DNA of 64,000 bases from Candidatus Niyogibacteria bacterium (GTDB lineage Bacteria; Patescibacteriota; Minisyncoccia; JACROR01). Of the stretch, positions 38,872 through 47,926 are shown one piece after another. The notes below the pieces were generated by a model. The model was not told the DNA's origin. It did no database searches and saw only the letters and a program-made list of their open reading frames with translations. The stretch covers positions 26,905 to 90,904 of the forward strand of contig JACPLO010000010.1 of NCBI GenBank assembly GCA_016186495.1, read 5' to 3'. The translations under genes were made by a program, and so were the position numbers. The stretch's first letter is position 1; each line of letters begins with the position of its first letter.

Positions 38872-40063
38872 AAAGTTCTCGGGGCGCGCGCCGGTTTTCT
38901 TTGGTTTGCGGATCGCGGCCCTCCATTATTGATCCGATTTCAACTCCGCGCACGCCGCCTTCAATATATAAGGCGATTGCCAAAGAATGCGCCGGAAATT
39001 TGTTCCAGGCAATATGAGGCAAAAATTTGTCGGCGACAACATAAACCGCGTGGCCGCCGATCGGGCGAATGACCGGAACGCCAAGATTATGAAGCGATTC
39101 TCCCAAATATTTCGTCTGATTGACGCGATAGCGCAGATAATTTTCGTCAATTCCTTCATAAAGCCCTTGGGCCACTGTTTCTATGTCGCGGCCGGACATT
39201 CCTCCGTAATTTAAAAATCCTTCCATTAAAATCGCCTGCGGCGCCAGCTTTTCAAAAAGTTTGCGGTTTCTTAAAGCGATAAAACCGCCCATATTGGCGA
39301 TAGCGTCTTTTTTGGCGCTCATCAAAACGCCGTCGGCGTATTTCATCGTTTCCAAAACAATGTTTTTTATCGGCCAGCTTTTATATTTTTTTTCGCGCTC
39401 TTTTATAAAAAAAGAATTTTCGGCAAAGCGGGCAATGTCGTAAAACAGCGGAATTTTATATCGCCGGCAGATTTTTGAAACCGCTTTTATGTTTGTCAAA
39501 GACATCGGCTGGCCGCCGACGCTGTTGCAGGTAATTGTCAATAAAACATAAGCAGTTTTCTTGGAATTGAGAGTTTTTTCAAGTTTTTTCAAATCAACAT
39601 TGCCCTTGAAACCGAACAAACTTTCCGCATTCCAGGCGTTTTGGCAGGCGCAATCAATGATTTTACCGCCGCGATTTTCAATATGGGCCCGTGTCGTGTC
39701 AAAGGGAGAATTGCCGGCAATGATATCGCCGTCTTTGACAAGAACTTTATTGAAAACCTGTTCGGCGCCTCGGCCTTGATGAGTCGGGATAATATACGGA
39801 AATCCCATGATTTTTTGGATTGCTTTTTCAAGCCGCTGAAAGCTGGTTGAACCGGCATAGGATTCGTCGCCTTGCATCAGGGCCGACCATTGGTCTTCGG
39901 ACATCGCGCCGGTTCCGGAATCGGTTAACAAATCAATCGTTATATCGTCGGATTTTAAGAAAAATAAATTATATCCGGCTTTTTTTATTTTTTTGATCCG
40001 CTCTTCTTTTGTCAGAGTTTTTATTGGCTCTACCATTTTTGTTTTGTACGGCGGAAAAGTCAT
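38708..40063 (-). CDS. tnaA: beta-eliminating lyase: tryptophanase / tyrosine phenol-lyase family
   Basis: 451 aa; ...DLLTDSGTGAMS..., IPTHQGRGAEQ, PLP-lysine region SAKKDAIANMGG; close to full-length TnaA/TPL pattern. Confidence 0.8.
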   Translation of the reverse strand: MTFPPYKTKMVEPIKTLTKEERIKKIKKAGYNLFFLKSDDITIDLLTDSGTGAMSEDQWSALMQGDESYAGSTSFQRLEKAIQKIMGFPYIIPTHQGRGAEQVFNKVLVKDGDIIAGNSPFDTTRAHIENRGGKIIDCACQNAWNAESLFGFKGNVDLKKLEKTLNSKKTAYVLLTITCNSVGGQPMSLTNIKAVSKICRRYKIPLFYDIARFAENSFFIKEREKKYKSWPIKNIVLETMKYADGVLMSAKKDAIANMGGFIALRNRKLFEKLAPQAILMEGFLNYGGMSGRDIETVAQGLYEGIDENYLRYRVNQTKYLGESLHNLGVPVIRPIGGHAVYVVADKFLPHIAWNKFPAHSLAIALYIEGGVRGVEIGSIMEGRDPQTKENRRAPRELLRLAIPRRVYNKEHFDYVVESFARLIKQKNKISGVKFKYESPILRHFSSRFSLI

Positions 40064-40078
40064 TTTGGCGAGTTATTT

Positions 40079-41344
40079 TTAATTTAATTTGAGGTTGCCG
40101 TCGGCTTTGAGGGTATTGATATTTTTAACAAATATTTTTTTAAGCGCTTTCAGGCAGCCAACCGCGGCGATCATCGCCGCGTTATCTCCGGCAAATTGGA
40201 TTTCCGGCAGGCGAAGCAATATTTTTGGAAATTTTTTGTTTAATTCTTTTTTAATCTGCTTTCTTAATTCTTGATTAGCGGCCACGCCGCCGCCAAGAAT
40301 GATGGTTTTTGGTTTATATTTCTGGGCGGCTTTTAAGGTTTTAGCGATTAAAACATCAACTGCCGCTTGCTGGAATTCTCGGCAGATTTGAGCTTTTATT
40401 TCGGGCGTTAATTCGGGTAATTTTCTGACAAGATATAAAACTGCGGTTTTTAAACCGGAAAAACTGAAATCAAAATCGCGGGAATCAATCATCGGCCTCG
40501 GCAATTTGATTTGAGGCTGAAGTAATTCTGATTTAGAAATCGCGGTTTTTGCTAAAGCAGAAACCGCGGGTCCGCCGGGATAACCTAATCCTAAAAGTTT
40601 AGCTGTTTTGTCAAAAGCCTCGCCAGCCGCGTCGTCTCGCGTCCGGCCGATCACTTTATATTTAAGAAATTGCTTCATTAAAACCAGTTCCGTATGCCCG
40701 CCGCTGATCAAAAGCGCCAGGGCGGGGAAAGAAATTAAAAATTCTTGTTTGTTCAAGAAAACGGATAAAATATGCCCTTCCAGATGATTGGCCGCGATCA
40801 GCGGTTTTTCCCAGATTAAAGCAAGGGCTTTGGCAAAATTCACTCCGGTCCAAAGCGCGGGCTCAAGTCCCGGTCCGCTGGTTACGGCAATCGCGTCTAT
40901 TTTAGGTTTTTTAATTTTTGAAATCTCTTTAAAAAACTTTTTTAACAATTCTGGTTCGCGTTTTAATATTTTGTTTATGTTATTTTCAGTTTGTTTAGAG
41001 ATTAAAAATTGAGAATTAGAAATCAATAAATTTGATTTCTTTAATGCTTTTTTTAGAACAAGGATTAAATTTGCCTGATGTTCTCTTTTGGCAAGCGACG
41101 GCACTACGCCGCCCCAGGGCGCGTGGATTTTTATCTGTGAAGAAACGATATTGGCTAAAATTTTGAAACGCGGGTTTTTAAAATTGCCCTTTGCTTCTAA
41201 AATTGCCGCTCCGGTTTCATCGCATGATGTTTCAATGGCGAGAATTTTTATCCCGTTAGAAAGTCTTTTTGTTTGGCTTTCTTGCCCAACAATTTTTTTC
41301 TTAACATAATTAGTTGTCTTTCTAACGGGATTTATTCTTTTCAT
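40079..41344 (-). CDS. tsaD: tRNA N6-adenosine threonylcarbamoyltransferase TsaD
   Basis: ILAIETSCDETGAAIL..., HxxGH metal site (HLEGH); annotated N-terminal ~35 aa are encoded by an inserted repeat (41250-41331), true start uncertain. Confidence 0.85.
   Translation of the reverse strand: MKRINPVRKTTNYVKKKIVGQESQTKRLSNGIKILAIETSCDETGAAILEAKGNFKNPRFKILANIVSSQIKIHAPWGGVVPSLAKREHQANLILVLKKALKKSNLLISNSQFLISKQTENNINKILKREPELLKKFFKEISKIKKPKIDAIAVTSGPGLEPALWTGVNFAKALALIWEKPLIAANHLEGHILSVFLNKQEFLISFPALALLISGGHTELVLMKQFLKYKVIGRTRDDAAGEAFDKTAKLLGLGYPGGPAVSALAKTAISKSELLQPQIKLPRPMIDSRDFDFSFSGLKTAVLYLVRKLPELTPEIKAQICREFQQAAVDVLIAKTLKAAQKYKPKTIILGGGVAANQELRKQIKKELNKKFPKILLRLPEIQFAGDNAAMIAAVGCLKALKKIFVKNINTLKADGNLKLN
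41250..41331. mobile_element. MITE-like element, CCGTTAGAAA family (copy inside annotated 5' end of tsaD)
   Basis: ATCCCGTTAGAAAGTC ... GTCTTTCTAACGGGAT inverted repeat (1 mismatch). Confidence 0.55.
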
Positions 41345-41401
41345 TAAGTTGATTTTACCTTAAATTTTGATTAAACTACAAAATAACTTGTTTGATAATC
41401 T

Positions 41402-41476
41402 GACCCTATCGTCTAGCCCGGCCTAGGACGTGTCCCTTTCACGGACAAAACGCGGGTTCAAATCCCGCTAGGGTCA
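41402..41476 (+). tRNA. tRNA-Glu (anticodon TTC)
   Basis: near-identical architecture to canonical bacterial tRNA-Glu (GTCTAG...CCCTTTCACGG...GGTTCAAATCC); acceptor GACCCTA/TAGGGTC. Confidence 0.8.
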
Positions 41477-41496
41477 TGCGAAATAATTGTTTGTTT

Positions 41497-41551
41497 CGGA
41501 CGCGAGTAAATTACTTTACTCGTATCGGGATTTGAAATCCCGCTAGGGTCA
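41497..41551 (+). repeat. hairpin + degenerate copy of the tRNA-Glu 3' end (CGGGATTTGAAATCCCGCTAGGGTCA)
   Basis: CGAGTAAATTACTTTACTCG hairpin, then 26 nt matching the T-arm/acceptor 3' strand of the upstream tRNA-Glu. Confidence 0.6.
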
Positions 41552-41590
41552 ATTGTTTTGCCTTTTTTGCGCCTTTAGCTTAATGGCAGA

Positions 41591-41791
41591 GCGTTCTCTT
41601 GCCCCGTTAGAAACCAATACGCGCGGTTAGCTCAGTGGTAGAGCATTCGCTTGACGTGCGAAGGGTCATAGGTTCAAATCCTATACCGCGCACCGCAAGT
41701 TTCTAACGGGGTGAATGCAAAAGGCTGTAGGTCTGTCCCGTAGCCAGACGAAGTCTGTGGTACTGGGATTCAATCCCTACAAGGCGCACAC
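41591..41791 (+). other. tRNA-like outer halves (GCGCCTT...D-arm... / ...GGGATTCAATCCC-TACAAGGCGC-ACA) flanking an inverted-repeat-enclosed tRNA-Val
   Basis: 5' GCGCCTTTAGCTTAATGGCAGAGCG (acceptor + D-arm) and 3' AAGGCGC perfectly complementary acceptor strand; inner IR CCCCGTTAGAAACC (41602-41615) / GTTTCTAACGGGG (41699-41711). Confidence 0.4.
41621..41694 (+). tRNA. tRNA-Val (anticodon GAC)
   Basis: GCGCGGT acceptor, TAGCTCAGTGGTAGAGC D-arm, loop TTGACGT, T-arm GGTTCAAATCC, ACCGCGC-A-CC. Confidence 0.8.
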
Positions 41792-41969
41792 TTTAGAAAA
41801 TGGCAAGCCAGAAGAAACCGAATTTTTAAAAGTTTCGGCTGGCTGCTGGAAGACTCTTCTTATGTTCTTTAATTTGACTCCATGAGGTTTTTTTAGCTTC
41901 ATAGAGTTTCTTTATAAAAAAGGTATAATGTAAATGTCGAATAATTATCGTTAAAAAAATAAAAAAAAT

Positions 41970-42224
41970 ATGAATGAAAAACCTTTAGGCAAAGTTACCC
42001 ATTACTACGACAAGGCGATGGTGGCAATAATAAAACTTATCGGCGGCGGACTGAAAATCGGCGATGCGGTGAAATTCGTTAAAGGCGAAAATGAATTTAT
42101 TCAAAACATTGAATCAATGCAGATTGAACACGAAACATTAAAATCTGCCAAAAAAAACCAGGAAGTCGCGGTAAAAGTCAGCCAGCCGGCCAAAGAAGGC
42201 ACGCTTGTTTATAAAGCCGAATAA
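41970..42224 (+). CDS. small beta-barrel protein (EF-Tu domain-2-like), hypothetical
   Basis: 84-aa ORF with RBS-like upstream A-rich region; weak similarity pattern only. Confidence 0.3.
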   Translation: MNEKPLGKVTHYYDKAMVAIIKLIGGGLKIGDAVKFVKGENEFIQNIESMQIEHETLKSAKKNQEVAVKVSQPAKEGTLVYKAE

Positions 42225-42263
42225 TGATAACTTATTGTTCTAAGTAAAGGCAAAATAAATAAT

Positions 42264-42336
42264 GGTGAGCGTAGCTCAATGGCAGAGCTCTCGGTTGTGG
42301 TCCGAGCGGTTGCGGGTTCAAATCCCGTCGCTCACC
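42264..42336 (+). tRNA. tRNA-His (anticodon GTG) with encoded G-1
   Basis: G-1 + GTGAGCG acceptor, loop TTGTGGT, T-arm GCGGG-TTCAAAT-CCCGT, CGCTCAC-C. Confidence 0.8.
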
Positions 42337-42351
42337 CTAAAAAAAATAAAA

Positions 42352-42378
42352 AGGCTGCCTTCTGGCAGCCTATTTTCT
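42352..42378. terminator. bidirectional terminator AGGCTGCC-TTCT-GGCAGCCT + T-run
   Basis: read directly between tRNA-His and the minus-strand acyl-CoA dehydrogenase gene. Confidence 0.7.
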
Positions 42379-42380
42379 AT

Positions 42381-44258
42381 CTAATTGATAATCCCTTTTT
42401 GAATAAAATCATAGCGGTTATTCAATAAATTCTTAGCGATGATTTTGGCGCTGGCGTCATCGTTGTCCCGCAATGACGCAAAATAATGCTTTATTCGACG
42501 CTTGGCCGCGCGACAATATGCTTTTGCCAATTCCATTACCGGATCAGAATAATTTGAATCAAAAAATTGTTTTTTCAGAGCAAACGACCAAACAGCCGCC
42601 ATCAAAAACAATTCAGCCGCGATCCAAAACAATCGATCAATCATCAGTTGCTTATTAACCATTTGATCCCGGTGCTTAGCGGAATAAATAATAATGGCGC
42701 GGGCTAATTTTCGCGCGTTTTTTTCCACAAACTTGAAATCAGATCGCACCTGGCGCGGCAAATTATCAGGCAATCGCGAACTAAAACTTAATTTAAAATA
42801 TTGCCAGGCAAATCCGATAACCGCGGATATTTTTTCAACCAAATTACCTTTATCAAGAAACGGCTCGCCGCGTTTAAGATAATTATCAAGCCCTTCGCGA
42901 ATCACATATTGGCTTAAAATTTGCGTAGAGCCCTCAAAAATACGGTTAGGCCGGTTATCCGTGAACATTTGGTCTATTGACGGCGCTTGTTCCCGCGGCG
43001 CCAGCGATTCAAACGACTCATAGCCGCGTCCGCCGCGAAGCTGCATTGCGTCATCCATTATCTTCCAACCCCATTCAGAAGCAATCACTTTGCAGATTGC
43101 CGCTTCAAGACGGCAATCTTGCTTGCGATCCGCTAAACCGGCGGCGTAATCGGTTATCGCTTCCATCGCGAATGTTCGGACAACTGCCGGAACCAGCATG
43201 CCGCTTCCGATTAATTCCTTTTCGCCGATAAAAGCGCCCCACTGCCAGCGGGTTTTAGCCCACCAATTCATTATTTTCAGACATTTTTTAGAATTTGCAA
43301 CACAACTTCCGGCAATAGAAATACGGCCGGTATTCAACGCCCGAAGAGCAATTTTAAAACCATTGCCCTCGCCGCCGACCAGCGCGCGATTATCAACTTC
43401 AACGCCGTTAAAAGAAAGAATTCCGTTAAAAATCCCCGGCATACCCATAAAACGCGCTCGCTGGATAATTGCCACCCGGTTTAATTTTTCGCTGGCGTTC
43501 GGGACAATAAAAACGCCGAAACAATAACCTTTTTTTGAATTATCCAAATCTTCGGGTAAATCTAAAATCTTGGCGACCACCGCGAGATACTCGGCTAGCG
43601 GTTCGCCGGTGCGCCAGACTGAGTTGGTCGCGTACCATTTTTCGCCGTAAATTTTATAACCGACAACTTTACCGTTTTGATCGCGCAAACGGAGAGCGTA
43701 AGTTCGCATCCGCGCCGGATCAGAACCGACTTCTTTTTCGGTAAAACAGAAAGCAGACGGCCATTTCATAAGCGCCGGCAAATAAAGAGAAATTTGTTCG
43801 GGTGTTCCGTAATTAAGCACCGAAAATTTGGCGCCAATGGTATTATCAGCTGAAATCATAATGCCGATTGAAGGGCAAAACGCGCTTAAAAGAGCGATAA
43901 CATGAGTATAAGTTGTTTGGGATAAACCAAGACCGCCGTATTTTTCGGGCACTTTAAGTTTAAACAGGCCGAAATCAGCCATCGCTTCAATCAATTCAAG
44001 GGTAATATCTTTTTTGCCGTGAATAATGTCCGGTTCAATTTTTGATTCAAGAAATTCTTTTAAATCGGAAATAATTTTGGCTTCTTTTTGAGCATCTTCC
44101 GGATTTTGCTCCGGCCACGGAAACAAAAGATTAAAATTAGGCGCTCCTTCAAAAAGAGAAGCGACAAAACCTTTATTGACACTGGCATCCCTGTGCTCCT
44201 CGGCAATCTGGACGCCTTTTCCCAGCTTATTAAAAAACGCACTGCTTGTTTTAGGCAT
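42381..44258 (-). CDS. long-form acyl-CoA dehydrogenase family protein
   Basis: 625 aa; ACAD N-, middle- and C-terminal domain pattern (...GSDPARMRT..., ...YEGTSQI-like FEGSTQIL...). Confidence 0.75.
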   Translation of the reverse strand: MPKTSSAFFNKLGKGVQIAEEHRDASVNKGFVASLFEGAPNFNLLFPWPEQNPEDAQKEAKIISDLKEFLESKIEPDIIHGKKDITLELIEAMADFGLFKLKVPEKYGGLGLSQTTYTHVIALLSAFCPSIGIMISADNTIGAKFSVLNYGTPEQISLYLPALMKWPSAFCFTEKEVGSDPARMRTYALRLRDQNGKVVGYKIYGEKWYATNSVWRTGEPLAEYLAVVAKILDLPEDLDNSKKGYCFGVFIVPNASEKLNRVAIIQRARFMGMPGIFNGILSFNGVEVDNRALVGGEGNGFKIALRALNTGRISIAGSCVANSKKCLKIMNWWAKTRWQWGAFIGEKELIGSGMLVPAVVRTFAMEAITDYAAGLADRKQDCRLEAAICKVIASEWGWKIMDDAMQLRGGRGYESFESLAPREQAPSIDQMFTDNRPNRIFEGSTQILSQYVIREGLDNYLKRGEPFLDKGNLVEKISAVIGFAWQYFKLSFSSRLPDNLPRQVRSDFKFVEKNARKLARAIIIYSAKHRDQMVNKQLMIDRLFWIAAELFLMAAVWSFALKKQFFDSNYSDPVMELAKAYCRAAKRRIKHYFASLRDNDDASAKIIAKNLLNNRYDFIQKGIIN

Positions 44259-44376
44259 CGTTTCCTCCTTTTTCTTAAAAAATTTAAAAGAACCGCGATA
44301 TTCAATATCGTATGAAAAAATTCATAAAAAAACAACTTCTCTGGATGCGCCGGAAAATTCGGAGTATTATAGACCA

Positions 44377-45381
44377 ATGGATTTAAGCCGATTGGAATTA
44401 ATTTTAGCGAACCAGCCAAAATACCGCCTTAAACAAGCAAAAGAGGCGGTTTTTAAGAATTTGGCGGCAAACTGGTCGGAAACGACTAATCTTCCGCCAA
44501 AATTAATAAAAGAATTAAATAAAAAATGCCCGCTCCAAATAAACGGCAGAATAATCCAATCTGCCGGTCACGATACAGCTAAAGCGATTATTATCCTGGC
44601 AGACGGCCTTAAAATAGAAAGCGTGCTGATGCCGCATCAAAGAAAACGTTTTACGGTTTGCGTTTCATCGCAGGTCGGCTGTCCTTTGGGGTGTAAATTT
44701 TGCGCGACCGGCGCTTCCGGTTTTCGCCGGAATCTGACGGCAATGGAAATCGTAGAGCAAGTTTTATTTTTCGCGCGGCATCTCAAAAAAACGTCGGCTG
44801 AAAAAATTACCAATGTTGTTTATATGGGAATGGGCGAACCGTTTTTAAATTATGACAATGTCTTGGCTTCAATAAAAATTTTGAATGACAAAGACGGCCT
44901 GAATATCGGCGCGCGTAAAATATCCGTTTCCACGAGCGGCTTGATTGAAGGAATAAAAAAATTAGCCGAAGAAAATCTGCAAGTCAATCTGGCAATTTCG
45001 CTTCATTCGCCGGAAACGGATTTGCGAAGCGCCTTGATGCCCGTCAACAGAAAATATCCGCTGAAAAATGTTTTAACCGCGGCAGATGATTATATCCGAA
45101 AAACTTCCCGAAAAGTGATGTTTGAATATATTTTATTAAAAGGCGTAAATGATACGCCGGCGCACGCCGAAAAGCTCGCTAAATTGATGCAAAAACCGCT
45201 TTACTTCGTAAATCTGATTCTTTACAATCCGGCCGGCCGCCAAGGACTAGAGCCGTCCACAGCCAAAGACGTCAAAAAATTCAAAGAAATTTTAGAGCGC
45301 GCGGGCGTGCCCGTTTCGGAACGTTACCGTTTCGGCCGCGAGATTAAGGCCGCCTGCGGCCAATTAGCCGCGAATTGTTAA
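44377..45381 (+). CDS. rlmN: 23S rRNA m2A2503 methyltransferase RlmN (radical SAM)
   Basis: CVSSQVGCPLGCKFCATG CxxxCxxC; start moved to ATG 44377 (track ORF 44176 overlaps the convergent gene). Confidence 0.85.
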   Translation: MDLSRLELILANQPKYRLKQAKEAVFKNLAANWSETTNLPPKLIKELNKKCPLQINGRIIQSAGHDTAKAIIILADGLKIESVLMPHQRKRFTVCVSSQVGCPLGCKFCATGASGFRRNLTAMEIVEQVLFFARHLKKTSAEKITNVVYMGMGEPFLNYDNVLASIKILNDKDGLNIGARKISVSTSGLIEGIKKLAEENLQVNLAISLHSPETDLRSALMPVNRKYPLKNVLTAADDYIRKTSRKVMFEYILLKGVNDTPAHAEKLAKLMQKPLYFVNLILYNPAGRQGLEPSTAKDVKKFKEILERAGVPVSERYRFGREIKAACGQLAANC

Positions 45382-45798
45382 TCTCCGCGCGAGATAAAAA
45401 GAAAGCGGAAGTAAAAACATCATTTGCAAAATCGGCAAGAGGCCGATATTTAAATAAGGAATTAAAGGCATCGCGCTGTCATAATTCCATTTGCCGGTGA
45501 AAAGCGCGTTTTTTTCTATAGCTGCAGCAATAATAAAACCAAGCGCGGCCAGAATAAAAAAATCACTTTTATTAAATTTAAATTTCAACGGCAATGCTTG
45601 TTTAATTAAAATCATAAAAAGCAACGCCGATAAATTGATCAGAACATCTCCAAGCGCGCCCTTCAAACATATTGAAAAATGGCTGAAAAAAGAAACAAAC
45701 CCCGCGTAAAAAGGCGCTTGAAGATTCTCCCATATAATATTCAAAATGAAAGAAATAACAACAAAAAAGAAAAAATAACGAACATTAAAATTTTTCAT
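45364..45798 (-). CDS. hypothetical integral membrane protein
   Basis: 144 aa, 4 predicted TM helices. Confidence 0.35.
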   Translation of the reverse strand: MKNFNVRYFFFFVVISFILNIIWENLQAPFYAGFVSFFSHFSICLKGALGDVLINLSALLFMILIKQALPLKFKFNKSDFFILAALGFIIAAAIEKNALFTGKWNYDSAMPLIPYLNIGLLPILQMMFLLPLSFYLARRLTIRG

Positions 45799-45986
45799 AT
45801 TTTTCTTCGGCGGAATTCGGATTACTGAAATTCTAACAAATTTTAGTCTTGAAGAGAATCTTATGAAAATTCTTCTTTTCTGTTTCTAACGGAATCTGGA
45901 ATTTCTTTTTGCCTCGAAAAATCCGTACGATTTGGTCGCCGAGCGAAGCGAGGCGAATCTTTAAAACTTGCAATTTCCTATGTGGT

Positions 45987-46302
45987 GCGCGGGAGAGGAT
46001 TTGGTCACAAATAAATTTCCTGACGGAAATTTTTCGCGACCCCGCCTCGCTTGTTCCGCTTCGCGGAACATCGTTCGGCTTTCAAATCCTCACGCGAACA
46101 AAGCAGTTTGTTCGCTTCCCGCGCCAATTCACCGTGTTCATTATGCGCGGGAGAGGATTTGGTCACAAATAAATTTCCTGACGGAAATTTTTTGCGACCC
46201 CGCCTCGCTTGTTCCGCTTCGCGGAACATCGCTGTGGCTTTCAAATCCTCACGCGAACAAAGCAGTTTGTTCGCTTCCCGCGCTAATTCACCGTGTTCAT
46301 TA
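45987..46302. repeat. 2 x ~159-bp tandem repeat downstream of tRNA-Leu(GAG); each unit starts with a copy of the tRNA 3' end (GCGCGGGAGAGGATTTG) followed by GTCACAAATAAATTTCCTGACGGAAA and two hairpins
   Basis: units from 45987 and 46145 ~97% identical; hairpins GTTCCGCTTCGCGGAAC and GCGAACAAAGCAGTTTGTTCGC; generates spurious ORFs on both strands. Confidence 0.8.
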
Positions 46303-46385
46303 TGCGCGGGAGAGGATTTGAACCTCCACGCCTTGCGGCATACGCCCCTCAAGCGTACGTGTCTACCGGGTTCCACCACCCGCGC
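46303..46385 (-). tRNA. tRNA-Leu (anticodon GAG), long variable arm
   Basis: minus strand GCGCGGG...GTG-GAACCCGGTAGA-CAC...TACGC-TTGAGGG-GCGTA...TGCCGCAAGGCGTG...GGTTCAAATCC...CCCGCGC-A. Confidence 0.7.
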
Positions 46386-46389
46386 ATTT

Positions 46390-46869
46390 TTATTCTTTTT
46401 TGGTTTCAGGAAGTTTTTCTTTTGTTTCCAGAGTGTTTTTTTCTTCAGCCGCGGCCGGTTTTTCCGTTTGAGTTGATAAAAGCATTATAGCTTCGGTTTT
46501 TAATTGTTTCATTTTCTTTTTGATTTCTTTGGCGGCTTTTTCGCGGATATGATAAAGCTTGGCGCGCCGGGTTTTTGAACGGCGCACCAGTTCTATTTTT
46601 TCAATATTAGGAGAATACAATGGGAAAACGCGTTCAACGCCAAAGCCGCCGCTCAATCGCCTGACCGTAAAAGTCGCTCCGGATTCGGCGCCGTGTTTTT
46701 TGGCGATGATTATTCCTTCAAAAGCCTGAAGCCGCGTTTTATCGCCTTCTTTGATTTTCTGCCAGACGCGCACCGTGTCTCCGGAACGAATGTCCGTTTT
46801 TTTTCTTTCTTTCATATTAACCGGCAAAAAATTGGCTGATATTACTGGCATATTAAATCTTTTTATCAC
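46390..46869 (-). CDS. rplS: 50S ribosomal protein L19 with Lys-rich C-terminal extension
   Basis: [32 protein letters not shown]...[13 protein letters not shown] typical L19. Confidence 0.85.
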   Translation of the reverse strand: MIKRFNMPVISANFLPVNMKERKKTDIRSGDTVRVWQKIKEGDKTRLQAFEGIIIAKKHGAESGATFTVRRLSGGFGVERVFPLYSPNIEKIELVRRSKTRRAKLYHIREKAAKEIKKKMKQLKTEAIMLLSTQTEKPAAAEEKNTLETKEKLPETKKE

Positions 46870-46925
46870 AAATTTTAATTTTAATCAAACCCCCGCATTT
46901 ATAATAAGTGCGGGGGTTAAATGTT

Positions 46926-47612
46926 TCATTTCAATTTTTCCAGCGTATTTTTTAAATCTTCGGGCAAATCCGCTTCAAGTTTAAGGCGAGAACCGGCCGG
47001 CAAAGTCAATTCTAAAGAAAAAGCATGCAGGAAATGCCGTTTAAGGCCATTCGGGCATCGGAATAATTTTCCCGCGTAAAGCTGGTCGCAAGCTAACGGA
47101 TAGCCGATGGCTTTCAGATGCGTTCTTATCTGATGGGTGCGGCCGGTTTTCGGCTCAAGTTCAAGCAAAGTGTAGCCGTTGAATTTTTTCAAAACCTTAT
47201 AATAAGTAAGGGCTTCGCGCAATCGGCCGGAGGCTCTGACGCTGGCCGCGCGCTTAATGGGATTTTTTTTGGCGCGGCCGATCGGCAAATTTATTTTGCC
47301 TTTTTTTTGCCGGATTTCGCCGATTGCCAAAGCAAGATATTTTTTAACGATTTTTTGCCGCTGGAATTGTTTTTTTAAATAATCAAAAGTTTCCTGATTT
47401 TTTGCGATAAGTAAAATTCCGGAAGTGTCTTTGTCCAGCCGATGGACAACGCCGGGCCGCGCCGGATTATCTCCCACTTTTTTAATTTCCGGCCTTATCT
47501 CTGTTATTTTATCTATTAAAGTTTCTTTTTTGTGGTGGGCGTCGGGATGAACCACCAAGCCAGCCGGTTTATTGACCGCTAAAAGATCGCGGTCTTCGTA
47601 AATAATTTCCAT
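46926..47612 (-). CDS. RluA-family pseudouridine synthase (RluD-like)
   Basis: HRLDKDTSGILLIAK catalytic Asp motif; 228 aa. Confidence 0.8.
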   Translation of the reverse strand: MEIIYEDRDLLAVNKPAGLVVHPDAHHKKETLIDKITEIRPEIKKVGDNPARPGVVHRLDKDTSGILLIAKNQETFDYLKKQFQRQKIVKKYLALAIGEIRQKKGKINLPIGRAKKNPIKRAASVRASGRLREALTYYKVLKKFNGYTLLELEPKTGRTHQIRTHLKAIGYPLACDQLYAGKLFRCPNGLKRHFLHAFSLELTLPAGSRLKLEADLPEDLKNTLEKLK

Positions 47613-47689
47613 AAAATATTTAAAAGCGTATAATTAAATAATAGTCGATTTTTTAATGAAAAATAAATAGCAATTCAATAAAAGATAAT

Positions 47690-47926
47690 ATGAAGAAAGT
47701 AATTATTTATTCTACTCCGACCTGCGGTTATTGCCATATGGCCAAAGATTTTTTTAAGGAACATAACATAGATTATACGGATTATGATGTTGCGGCGGAT
47801 GATGCCAAGAGGCAGGAAATGATTGACCGTTCCGGCCAAATGGGCGTGCCGGTCATTGATATTGACGGCGAATTAACAATCGGATTTGACGAACAAAAAA
47901 TATCCAAACTTTTAGGAATTAAATAA
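47690..47926 (+). CDS. glutaredoxin-like protein (NrdH/YruB type)
   Basis: 78 aa; YSTPTCGYCHMAK CxxC motif. Confidence 0.7.
   Translation: MKKVIIYSTPTCGYCHMAKDFFKEHNIDYTDYDVAADDAKRQEMIDRSGQMGVPVIDIDGELTIGFDEQKISKLLGIK

Noticed and set aside
45968-46476. Track ORFs 45909..46172, 45968..46321, 46005..46379(-) and 46051..46476 as protein-coding genes
   Set aside because: They are translations of the tandem 159-bp tRNA-associated repeat in several frames and on both strands. They overlap tRNA-Leu(GAG), and their repeated peptide blocks mirror the DNA repeat.
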